A DNA stretch of 64,000 nt. Origin: Lama guanicoe (taxonomy: Eukaryota). A program made the translations under genes and the position numbers. Positions 27,421 to 38,675 of the stretch are shown piece by piece. Position 1 is the stretch's first letter; each line of letters opens with the position of its first letter. The stretch is from the NCBI GenBank assembly GCA_013239625.1, contig MU054212.1, positions 7,600,270 through 7,664,269 on the forward strand, read 5' to 3'. Under the pieces are notes generated by a model, which was not told where the DNA came from, did no database searches, and saw only the letters and a program-made list of their open reading frames with translations.

Positions 27421-30400
27421 CCCTGCAAACTGATACCATGTTTCCTGCCATCTACTGCTGTCCATGAAGTTCTACCTTGATATTCCAGGACCGTGAAAGT
27501 GAATGTAACCTAAAGTACCTTCGAATCATTTCAGTCTCTCCCAGTTAGATATAAGAAGGCTTAGCAAAGGCAACAGCTGTTAATGAAAGATCTTTATGAC
27601 CTTGACGTGGAGATGGAAACTTTTGGAAGTTCTGCTGCCACATCCCTGCATTTCCTTCTTCATTTTTCCTCTATCCTATGCAGAAAGTCTAGAGTTACAA
27701 TCCTGCCAAGTAGAATCTCAGCTGGCTCAGAAGGTTTACAGAGATATATATATGAACATGGAGTCCTGGCCCTCACCTCCCGTGTAGTTACTAGCAAGAC
27801 AAGGACGAAGAACCAAAGGAAAGGTCCAAAGATTGGTATCTCAGGAAATACAGTGGGATAGTCTTCATAAACTAAGAGGGGCTGATTTCTTCCTAAAATT
27901 CAGGGGATTATCTCTACAAGCCTCATGTCCCTGAATACTCATGGCCAACTGGCCTCCAATAAAGGGACCCACCATTCCCTGAGAGCCTCACAGAGGCACT
28001 GTGCTAGGGACCTGCCATGGAGGATTTATTCCTGACAACAACTCACAAGAAACCGCTAAAGTCAGCTGACAAGCCACGATGCTAAGAGTCATACTTAGGA
28101 TCTGTTTGACCCCAAAGACCCATGGTATAGAATGTCCAAAATACTTGAACGAAGCAAACAATGCAGGGTTATCAGTAGCAATTCCCACTGTGGAAGTCTT
28201 AAGAGATAAGCAAAAATTTGCTTATATCTCAGTGACTACTATTATGATTTGTCTCAGTGTCAGAGTTATAAAGTATCACCACGTATAGCTTGCATGTCCC
28301 TCAGCTTCGTTTTCTAGAATTTCTGCAGCGAATTCTGGATCAAGGCCCAGTGTAGTGATGTGTGCCTCAGCCATGGAGTTAGGTCAGGTGAAATGTACAC
28401 AGACTCCTTATAAATGATTATTTATAAAAAATTACCAAAGACCACAGCCAGAGACTAAAAAAAAAAAACAAAAACAAAACCCAGTAACTGTTTATAAACT
28501 AGTCCATGAATATTCATTCTAATCACTGTATGATAGTCAATTAGCCGTATACACAGAAAGAATAATATGAAATCTGAGGCTACAGATTGCAGAACTGAAT
28601 AAATCATCATTTTTAAATGACATAACTAATGATAATGCATTTTCTTTTCTGGAGGAAAAATTCATTGTATATTTCCTAGTCAAATAAATAGAAGGAAAAA
28701 AATATACCTGAATGGTAAAAATTAGACCCAAATGTCTGTTCCTACAACTACAGGTCAAGAAAGGCATTGTTCACATTATTTGATTTTACAGTTTGGATAT
28801 TTATTACCTTGTCTGCTTAAGACTGAAAAACAAATAAATATGTGAGTTTACTGAATTTCTCAACGTTTTATATGGTGCAGTGGACTTTAAAAAAAAAAGC
28901 AAGATAATGCAGCCATCATATTACTGATGGAAAGTTGTAATGAATTTTCTGTTTATTTTCTAGGTTTACCTTTCATAATATCTGGTGGTAGAACGTGGTT
29001 TGGTAGTTTAAATTTTAAGTGTGATGTTTCAACTAATTATTGCCAGAAGACAAAAACGTCAATCAGGTTGCAAAGTTCCTAAAGACGGATTAAACTAGAA
29101 CTATCAAAGATGTAAAATACAGTAACCATAGCAATGCTAATTTAAAATGGTCATTGATGGTTAAACATTTTTTTATAATCCATGTCAGACATTTGCTGTA
29201 TCGTTTTCAGAACTGATTTAAGTTACTCCTAATTTCATACTTCAAAATTTCTGACACTTTTAATGAAAGCGCATACAAAAAGAACAGCGGTAGCCCGGGG
29301 ATAAAAAACTTGGATGTGATGCTCAGCAAACCACATACGCGCGTGCACACAGAGGTCCCACTCCAGACCTAAGATGGCTGAGTTGCAGGATGTTGCTTGG
29401 TGACCAAACAGTATCTCCTCAGCCACACAGTCATCTAGGCAGTGACAGATATGTCCCCTCAGCTTTAGGCATGGCCAGGACAAACATCAGAGGGCATATT
29501 TATCTTCTCCAATATTCTGCACTTTTAAGTCAGTTTGACGCTTGATTTTATCGTTGGCTGCATTTAGGCTTCAGGGGAAAAAGTATTTGCCCAGCTCCAT
29601 CTATTCTTTTGGAAAAAGCAGAGGTAGAACCAAGCTTCTTCCAGACGGAAAGACAGCCCTGCTTCAGTTAAGTCTGTGCATGCGTCTGCTCTGGTCTCAT
29701 CCGACCTCCCAGTTGCCATCAGTCTCCCTTTCTTTTATTAAACACAAGTAGTTAATTAGCCCCAGCCTGTCCTCTCCCTTTCTCCCTTTCCCTTTTCGCA
29801 GTGGTAATGATGTCTAATTATCAGCAGCAGTGGGTTACTGCAACATCAGGTGCAAATCTTTCTCAGCGACAGCAAAGCCATCCATGAACCTTCAAACCTC
29901 AAAAAGCTAGAATGATTGTCTACTTGAAAATACCATTCAAATACAGTACTTTCTTTTCACCAGTATATGCCTTTGAATTACAAGGAAAATATATTTTTAT
30001 CTCTCTAGTGACTGCGCTTCTGCCATCATAAAGAAAAAATCAATGTATTTTTAAGGAAGAGATATTTTGAGATGTGGGGAAACAAATAAAAGATCCCCTT
30101 TTATCCTGTATTTCTTAACTCATTGAAATGATGATTGGCTGTCTCTCAGAGAAGGAGGAGCCTATAATTCTATGTCAGGAGCCGCATAAAAATTTCATAA
30201 AGAGCAATAGAAGAGTTCATGAATTAAAAACCTCTTCAACAATTCAAAACAGCTGTGAATGAAGATCAGTGCTCTTAAATACTACACGGGAAACCATTCT
30301 CCAAAAATAACACCTGAGGATGACATATTCTCCTTTAACTATATGGCATCTTCACCGAAAAGAGAAACACGTGTTACTTTATTATTAACTCTGGAGTTGT

Positions 30401-32442
30401 CACTCTATATTAGATGTCTCAGGAGCCATTCTTTAACAACTCTGCATTAATTTTCGAATGAAAATATGGTATCTGAGCATGTGAATGCTGGTCTGAATTA
30501 CTGGCATCCATGTTTATCTCAGTGCCTCTACGTCTGTTACAGAATTTATGTTAGAATTTGTAATTAACATTTTAAAAAGGCACATGTTTATATAGTGGAT
30601 GTAACCCAATCCATGCAGGTATAAACTCATTCGACCAATACAAAATTAACTATCTGACACATAAACAGAGCCTGTGTAACATTAAAAAAAAAAAAAACCT
30701 CCCCAGCTAGCAATTAAAAAATACATATATACAATCTTACTAAAATATTTCAGTAAATATATCTTAAATGATTATTTTATTCATCCATTAGCCAGTATTG
30801 TCCAAAGGAAAATACATTCACATGTTTTGAATTCTAATTTACTTTGTGTAACAGTAAGTTATTGTTTTTAATCAAGTTCTTAATATTATTCCAAATACAA
30901 ATGACTCGAAGTACTTCATTCTCTATGACAGACTTTGGGCTCATCCACATGTAAACCTCAGTTCTAATCCATGCCCATCTAGTTCTCATTTATTAAAGCA
31001 ATCTCACCATTGTCTTAGCAATGCCACACATTAAAGGAGAAGGCTGCCTTTACAGATCTACCTCCTCGAAACCTTCCAGCAACTGTACATTTTTTAAAAA
31101 AGCAGTATAACTTTTATGCGTGTTTCTATTTTGCCATTATTTCTATTTACCCTTTCCGATATAAATTTCAAAAGAAATACACTTCCTTCAAACAACTATC
31201 CCTAATTAATCTCAGGAAATCGTAAACTGCCTTCTAAACATAAATAATCCTTTGAAAAATCTTTCATGCACAGATTTCCAATTTAATATACCTCCGTTTG
31301 AGATAGAAGAACAGCTTTCAAGGCATCTCCTTTCTAGCATCCTCCAGGAATGTTGCACGGGAAACAGTTGCCAGTAAGGGAGGGAGGGAGAAGGAGCAAA
31401 TGCTCCAGAAACCCCAAAGCAAGGCAAAAATACACAGGATGCCAGTTACCCTCCCCCACCCCTACTCCAGGCGAGTACCCACCTAGCATGATGGAAAAAG
31501 CGGTCTTAAGAATCTGATCTGCACTCCTACTTGTAGCCCACAGCTCCCATCTCCTTAAAAAGGAAATTGACGCCGCCGCCGCTCCCCAACCTCACAGGCT
31601 TCTGCCGAGTGAGGCTGAGATACACTGAGCTCCCAACGCCAACAGCTTTCAGCGCCTGGGCTTAGAGCTTTGTGGCCATGAGACTAGAAACGTCCCAGAA
31701 TGAGGAACAAATACACACCACTTGATTGTGCCCAAACCCATCTCTCTTTGTTGTTCATCATTCAGCTCCGGCGGCTTTATTTGTGAAAGGGGGAAGTGAG
31801 GAAAGGAACGGGGGGGACGAGAAGGAGGAATCTCCAGGATCTTATCTACAACCTAAGTAGTCGTGGCAAGATCTCTGGGAGTGATTAAGGCAATTGGCAG
31901 CCGGTGTCTCCCGGGCGGCAATCTAACAATAAAACCTGATAGTGTTCATGGAGGAGGGGGGAGCCCCCACATCCACCACTAGCGCCACATTCGGGCTTTG
32001 TGCCAATAAGGAGACACTGTAGACTATCGATCAGAATCGTCTATTATCCAAGCGTGCGGCTGGGGTTCCAGCGTGGCCTTTATGCGCGGTGGCGAAGGCG
32101 GGACACGCGCCAGGCGCCCAGCGAAGGACGTGGGACAATGGCCCAGCCCGAGGACGCGGGACCCGGGGATGGAAGCTCCAGCAGCGGGCCCGGGAGCCAG
32201 GAGGCGAGGAGGGCAGTGCGCCCTGGATGTGCGCTGCCGCTTTAAAATAAAGAACCACAAAGACTCCACGTTGGGGGGAACGCGCCTGGCTCACGAGAGT
32301 GGGGACGACTCGGGGAGGGGGCCGAGCGGGGTGGGGGGCACACGAGCCAACGGTGGCTCACTGCCCCCCCTTCTCCCCCCTCTCCCCCCTCCCCACCGGG
32401 CTGCTCGGGAAGACAAATAACAGAAGAAGGCGAGTCACTCAC

Positions 32443-32703
32443 CGTGGTCTTGACCGGCACGTAGAGCACTTGCTTGGCGCCGCCGCCCCCGCGGACTTCG
32501 TCCGGCTGGCCCAGCTGGAAACCCTTCGATTTGACCCAGAATTTAAATTTGGCGTTGTCCGTGGAGCTCGACTCGCAGCCGTTGAGGAGCTGGACGATCC
32601 GCTCGTATTTTTTACGGGTCACCGTCTTGGTCTTGCCTGAGTCCCCGTAAGTCCTGAGGCACCAGTCCTGGAACTGGCGGTACATGTCGCGCTCGCTCTC
32701 CAT
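32443..32703 (-). CDS. NOL4: NOL4 nucleolar protein 4, first coding exon (87 codons, phase-0 donor)
   Basis: Translates MESERDMYRQFQDWCLRTYGDSGKTKTVTRKKYERIVQLLNGCESSSTDNAKFKFWVKSKGFQLGQPDEVRGGGGAKQVLYVPVKTT, recognised as the NOL4 N-terminus. Good Kozak context (AACATGG); ends at the canonical donor ACG|GTGAGT. Confidence 0.96.
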
Positions 32704-33349
32704 GTTCCCGGCTCCCGGCCGCCGGCCGGATGCTCCTAGCGCACTTCGCACCTGTTCACCCGGGGCTCATGAAAAATGCAGCCCAGGCCACGGTGTAGGG
32801 ATGCGAGGTCCCGGCTGCCGCCGGAGCCTGCCTTGGGTGGGGGGAGGAATGGGGAGGGGGAGGAGGGTCCGGTTGGGCACGAGCGATCAGTGCCCTGTGC
32901 TACACCGAGTCTCTGGGTTCATTCGTTTGTAAGGGATGTCTTAGACGCTTTTCTCGTCCTCTTAGTGATGGGTCTCTTTAATATTGTGTGAGTAGGACCA
33001 TCCTAACAGCATCTGGCCCAAAGGAGTTGGGTTTTGAATAATTAAAATCCCATTCCTTGGTTTATTAAAAATCCCAATATTGACTTGGGGTGGTCCCTCG
33101 ACGCCTCGCCCGAGGCTGTGTCCGGGGCAGGCAGGTGGAGCGCAGCGCCGCCTCCCCGCGCGTGCCCCAGAAGCTTCCCCAGCCTCTGACCCCCCGGTCC
33201 AGGCGCCTCTCAAAAGCAGCTGCCCAGCCGAACGCCTAGGAGCCGGAAGGGCACTCAGGTCCCCGGGCTCTCCTTCCTCCAGGGTCCTGTTTTGCTTCGG
33301 CCTTCCCTGCGTGGGGCGTTCAGGGACTAGAAAGAGAGAAAGTTCTTAC

Positions 33350-33379
33350 CTGTCATGTTGTTAAACCTAGCAAATCCTG
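33350..33379 (-). other. Candidate 30/27-nt cassette microexon in the NOL4 5' region
   Basis: Minus strand reads CCTTAAT (branch-like), TATTTTTTCCTGTGTAG|CAG| (acceptor), GATTTGCTAGGTTTAACAACATGACAG, then the strong donor |GTAAGA. Confidence 0.5.
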
Positions 33380-34090
33380 CTACACAGGAAAAAATAATTA
33401 AGGTTTTAAAAAAATGGCTTAAAATGTCATTTCTTCTGCTGTATTTAAGCTAAAATGCAGCCCCGTAGGTAGGTTCCAGGAGTTAAGTCCCAGAATTAGC
33501 AAAGCATTCACGGAGATTTAGCCATAGTTCTGTAGGATACACTGTGGTACCCCAAACAGATATCCGTTCCAGGGGGGATGTGGGTAAACGAAGGCAGGCC
33601 ACTGGCAGCGGGTCTCCCGGAATAATGACGGGGTCCCCAGACAGGACTCCTCTGGTCTCTGCTGAACTGGGTGCAAGGCATAGAAGTAAGTTTATGACAC
33701 AGATGCTTAAAACCCTGTGCATGAAATTAAAATATAGCGAGGTATCATTTCCCCCTTGCTTGGTTACAGTTTGCAGTTCACACGGGAGGTTTCAGATGTC
33801 TGTCTTCCCCCTGCCACGTCATGGACACCCCCTCCACTGCTGAGAGTAGCCAAATATGAGTTCCTCTGGACGATTTCTCAAGCAAATGAAATCAGCAGTT
33901 CCTCCATTCAGGATTTCCATCCGTTTGTTACAGAGCTGGAAACAGGGGAGTTCCCATCCTCCTCGCGCTGCGATTGCGGCCGCTCCTCTTTATTCTACTC
34001 TCTGCGGAGGCCCGCGCCCGTCCCGGGAGGCGGCTCTGCCCAGGAAAGCGGCCCGACCAGTGCCGGCGCCAGGTCCGCGTCCTAGCCCAC

Positions 34091-34350
34091 CTCGTTTCCT
34101 CGCCGTCGTCTCCGAGACGAAAGCCCCGACTGGGAAGGCGGAGTGTTTGCACCCACTGCGCCGCAGCTGGTCCCGGCACTTGCAAAATGGTCAGAGGCTC
34201 CTGCTCCGCCAGCCTGAGTGCGTGCGTGTGTGTGAGCAAGGGGGCGAGGGTGTGCAGGGGGTGCGCGGTGTGTGCGCGCGTCTCCGGGAAGGTCTCGCGG
34301 CGGCTGGAGCCGGGACTGACAGCCCGGGCGCAGCGCGAGCAGCTCCACAC
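34091..34350 (-). other. NOL4: Candidate upstream non-coding first exon of NOL4
   Basis: Lies about 90 nt downstream of the CCAAT boxes on the minus strand and ends at the donor-like GAG|GTGGGC (34091). The TSS position is inferred. Confidence 0.45.
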
Positions 34351-34439
34351 ACTAAACCTCTCGCCTCTCCCCTCACCCCCACCCCTCCCACTCCCCTCTC
34401 CTCCCGCCCCCCCTTCCCCGGCCCCTTCCAAGCTCTCTG

Positions 34440-34536
34440 ATTGGCCAATGGGACAAAAGTTTCTGTGGAGACGGCTGGGCGCTGACGTCACGGGCAGAAT
34501 TGTCCCATTTAGGGATCCCGGGGGCAGTGCGCATGC
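34440..34536. promoter_or_regulatory. NOL4 upstream promoter elements: back-to-back CCAAT boxes, full CRE, partial NRF1-like site
   Basis: ATTGGCCAAT at 34440-34449, TGACGTCA at 34483-34490, TGCGCATGC at 34528-34536. G-rich Sp/KLF-like tracts on the minus strand at 34365-34430. Confidence 0.7.
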
Positions 34537-36994
34537 TGCAGGCTGCAGGTTAGAGGCAGGAGGAGGTAGCAGCGGGCCCGGCGGCAGCCAGGTGGCGGAA
34601 AGGAGCACTCAGCATCCAGGTGGGGGGACGACTCCAGCCGGGTTTCCATGGAGATTCCTCTGGGTCTAGCCTAAAAACAGCAGATCAGCTGACACCATTA
34701 GCTCAGGACCTAATTACTGCTTATTGGAGCAACAAATGAGGGAGAGGGCCAGCTGCAAAGGAAGAGTTTTTATCCACCCCCCTCCCTATCTCCTCCTTTC
34801 TCCCCTCTCTCCGTGGCTCTGGAGTCCCGGGTGAATTCTCATTAACTTGCAAGATTCCTGCAACAACAGCTTCCCTTCTCTAGAGGCTACCCTGACTGCT
34901 TTTATTCCCTTTATTTCCTTCTTTTGCATCTAAAAAAAAAAAATCAGTTGTCCTGAGTCCTTGAATTTTTTTTTTTTTTTTGCTCAAATGACCAGTAGAG
35001 CTCAGAGAATCTACGCTCCAATAGAAGTCACAAGTGAATCTAATATAGTGGTGGGGGTGGGGTGGGGCCCATCACTTTCAATTTACTGACTTGGCTAATT
35101 ATCTTTAGGCTTTTCACCTTTTAAAAAAAACTTTCAGTATCTTAAACACGTAAATATTTGGAGCAAACAATTAGAAGAATAGTTTCAGTCACTCTTCTAG
35201 ATGTGGTACACCTCACAGGAACAACTCTTTTAAAAAAGTTCCTCTTGTGAGATCAGAGATAAAGAGTGATTCCAAACTGCGAGATCTAGAGTTTATGGTG
35301 TATTGGTCACAGGTTTCCTAGAAGATTCTGGAAGCATAATTGGTCATATGCTGGTCATTCGTTAAAGATTAAGCTGGTTCTATAAGGTTTACTTTCTATT
35401 ATGTTTATAACTTACTTCACAGTTTCAAAATTTTGGGGGTAGCTTTCATTTGAAATGTCATCTCACACCTATAAGCCTCCTTCAAGTACTTTCAGAACCA
35501 GGGAGCCTGTCCTTCTTGACTTACTCAGGTTAAAATAATCAGTCTTTCTAAACTACTCTGAATAGTGTCTTTCAAAGACCTTTTAAACCTCGTCTCATAG
35601 TAAGACATACATTTTACTTTGGCATATAATGCAGACATACATCTGTCCTCCAAAATTTTTATGAAATAAATATATTTTATTACATGTAATACACTTTTTT
35701 GGGGCCACTCTCTCCCATTTATTTATTATCTGTTTATTGTTTGGTCAAGTGTGGTCCTGCTCCAATAAATTTATTTTATGACCACCAAAAGATGACTAGG
35801 AACCTATGGCTTGGAAAACACTGTTTTATATCGTAAGAACCGTACTGCTCCTTGTGTTACATTTAGTTTTTCATGTAAGTATGTTTCATTATTCAAATAG
35901 AATCTTGATTGGAAGGCTCTTAAGAGTTTGCATTTTCTTGTTTTCCAAGTAACTCCAACACAATGAATGATGCACATAGGTAAGTGCTTAATACTGAGTT
36001 AGTTAATAAAAAAAAAAAAGGAAAAAGAGGAAGGAAAGGAACAAAGAAGCAGGCAGACGTAATCCTTGGCCATTCCTGTTGCCTTTTGCTGGGTGTTGTG
36101 TGGATGAAGTTGGACCCCACTTCAGGAAATACCAGGACCTGACCACACACACAGGTTCATTCTATTTATGATTACACTTGACACGCAAGTGTATGGAAAT
36201 CAGAACACTCTGAGACATAAAGGGACTGACAGAATACAACTGACGTAAGTATTCACATTGGACTAAAGGAATAAAGAGTCCTTGGACTTCAAGGTCCAAG
36301 CTTCTCAGAGCCTTGTGGATTCTCTTGTCTGCAGTGGAACTCAAAGTGGGCTCTGTTCTGTTCATTATTAATTGGCAAGCTGAGTCAATATCTTTTACTG
36401 TATCTTTCCTACCTAAGAGCATAAGCACTTGAAAAATCTAAAATCTGCTTCAGCAACTCATTCTTGGGTTCATTTCTCTCCTTTACTTGTAACTTCTCTA
36501 GAAGTTCTTCCCAGCTCCTCCTGGAGGGTCATACTGAGCCCTTCCTTCAGCTTAATTATTCATGAACAGGCTGCCTGGAAATTAACTGGCATTTCCCCCA
36601 AGACACTTTCTTCAGAACTGCCTCTCTACAGAGCGTCTCTCTCCAAAAAGTGATCCTTCATCCCCATATCTGAACACCGGTCCCTAAACCCTGGTCCAGG
36701 GTACTGACTTACTGATAGGGAAAGGAAGTCAGAAATTGTTATATCAGAAAATTATATTTTGATTCAAGATAATCCAAATTTCAAAACATCGATGTGATTT
36801 TTATCATGAAAATAAAATTTCTTTCAACCTCATGGTCAGTTTGTATGTGATGTTTTTAAAAAAAATCTGGAAAAATCTTGCATTTTCATATCAATCACAA
36901 ATATTCATGCATCACTACATATTCATCAGCAAAATGTTCCATTGCAAACAACATGTAATCTGTAATCATAAATGAAGGATTCAAAGAATAAGCA

Positions 36995-38100
36995 AGACTT
37001 CATTCATCCATCCGTATAATTATGCTTTCATTCAACAAATATTTACTGAGTGCCAATTTCTGTGATCGACTCTGGGGTTAAAGTAGTCAGCAAGAGAGAT
37101 GTGTATACATGGTCCTCATCCAGTAGAACTGCAGTTTTCCAAGGGAACACCGATAAGAAGCAAGGAAATAATTAGCATTTGAGGTTAAGTGCTAGGAGGG
37201 GAAAATACGGTGCTATAATTGAAAACAGTGGCAGATTAGAGGGACTTGGTGGCTCAGGGAGGATCACTCTAGGTAGGTAACATTGATTATGAACTTGAAG
37301 GATGCAAAGAAGTCAACCATATGAAGAGCCACGAAGGTGAACTACAGGCACAGCACAGAAGTACTAAGGCAAGAGTTCTCGCCATGTCTGAGGACTAGAA
37401 AGAAGCCCAGGGCAGCTGGAGCACATTGAGCTTGGAAGAGCGGGATCAGCTATGAGGTCTGAGTCCTCTGCTGCTGCCGTATCCTGCAGGGCACAGGAGT
37501 TTGCATTTTATTATTGGTCCAGTGGAAAATCAAGTATTTAAAGCAAGAGAATTACATGATATGAAATGCATTTCTATAAGTTTCACTGGCATTTTGGAAA
37601 AGAAAGGATTAGGAGAAGGCAAGAGTGGAAACAAGATCAGCTGGGAAATTTTCATTAGTTGCAGTCGCTTGGGTGAAATACTACGGTGATGGATTAGGAA
37701 GGTGACGGTCGAGGTAGAGGGAGAGAAGTGATGGACCGAAGATATCCTTTAAAGATAGCAGAGGGCTTGCTGATGGATTGCATGTGGCAGGTGAGGGAGG
37801 AGATTGAGTCCAGGATGACCAGATGGCTTCTGGCTTTAGTACTATGGCTAGTGAGGCCACTGACTTACAGGGGGAGTTTGAGAGAGGAACAGATTGGGAG
37901 TTGGAGGCTGAGGTAGGAGCAGAAGTAGGTTGGGGTAGAGAGGCAGGAAGAAAATTTAATTTCAGAGAAGTTAAATTTGAAATACAAGAAGAGTTGTTCA
38001 TGTAGGAATTTGAATATAGAAGCTTGAACGACAGAGGAAAGTCTGGGCTAGAGATATAAATACAGGAAATTTACAGTCATGGGAATGAATGACATCACCT
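36995..38100 (-). mobile_element. L2 LINE 3' portion
   Basis: CATTCAACAAATATTTACTGAGTGCC (L2 3' end) followed by a purine-rich decayed body. Confidence 0.7.
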
Positions 38101-38359
38101 CTGTCCATATTCTTCCATCCCCCAGAAGGGAAAGCCTCTATCTTTTGATATTGATTTTGTAAATTAATACCCTAGGACTAAAATGGAATGCTGTGTCCTA
38201 AAGAGCAGAATTTAGCTCCTATCGGTATAACACTGATGATGAGAAAACCTGAGAAAAGTATAGCAAAGCCATTTGGATCAATCCATGACCGGACCTAAAC
38301 TGCTAGTGAGTTCCAAAATGTATGCGGCCTTAAAAATCACTTAAATTTTAAAAAGGAAA

Positions 38360-38675
38360 GACAAATGCTGTATGATATCACTTATATGTGGAATCTGAAA
38401 AACATGACAACTAGTGAATAAAACAAAAAAGACGCAGACTCACAGATATAGATAACAAACTAGTGGTTACCAGTGGGGAGAGGCGGGGGTGGGGAGGGAC
38501 AATACAGGTGTAGGGGGAAAAAAAGGGGTTATTATGGGATGACATGAAATCATGTGTGTGAAACTTGAAAATTGTAAAGCACCATAGAATTTAAGGAATC
38601 ATTCATTCCATTAAAAAATTAAATGGAATTTTTTAAAGTCAAAAAAAATAAAAATCGGAGTTCAAAATAAATAAC
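38360..38675 (+). mobile_element. Young 5'-truncated L1 3' end with a 15-bp TSD
   Basis: Direct repeat ATTTTAAAAAGGAAA at 38345-38359 and 38676-38690, with L1 3'UTR between. Confidence 0.8.

Larger units (their letters stand above)
1..32442 (-). other. NOL4: NOL4 intron 1 (continues beyond the window start)
   Basis: Starts with GT at 32442 on the minus strand. No sequence encoding the expected continuation (DGVGVDEK..., from memory) was recognised. Confidence 0.85.
31990..34660. promoter_or_regulatory. CpG island spanning the NOL4 promoter, 5'UTR and first coding exon
   Basis: Abrupt rise in GC and CpG density against AT-rich, CpG-depleted flanks, with an AT-richer interruption at about 33340-33900. 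Boundaries estimated by eye. Confidence 0.9.

Noticed and set aside
32242..32442. ORF continuation beyond VKTT (VSDSPSS...)
   Set aside because: Read-through past the canonical GTGAGT donor into intron 1.
33856..34669. Overlapping 194-231 aa ORFs on both strands
   Set aside because: Pro/Ala/Gly/Arg-rich products expected from stop-poor CpG-island DNA; no recognisable domain.
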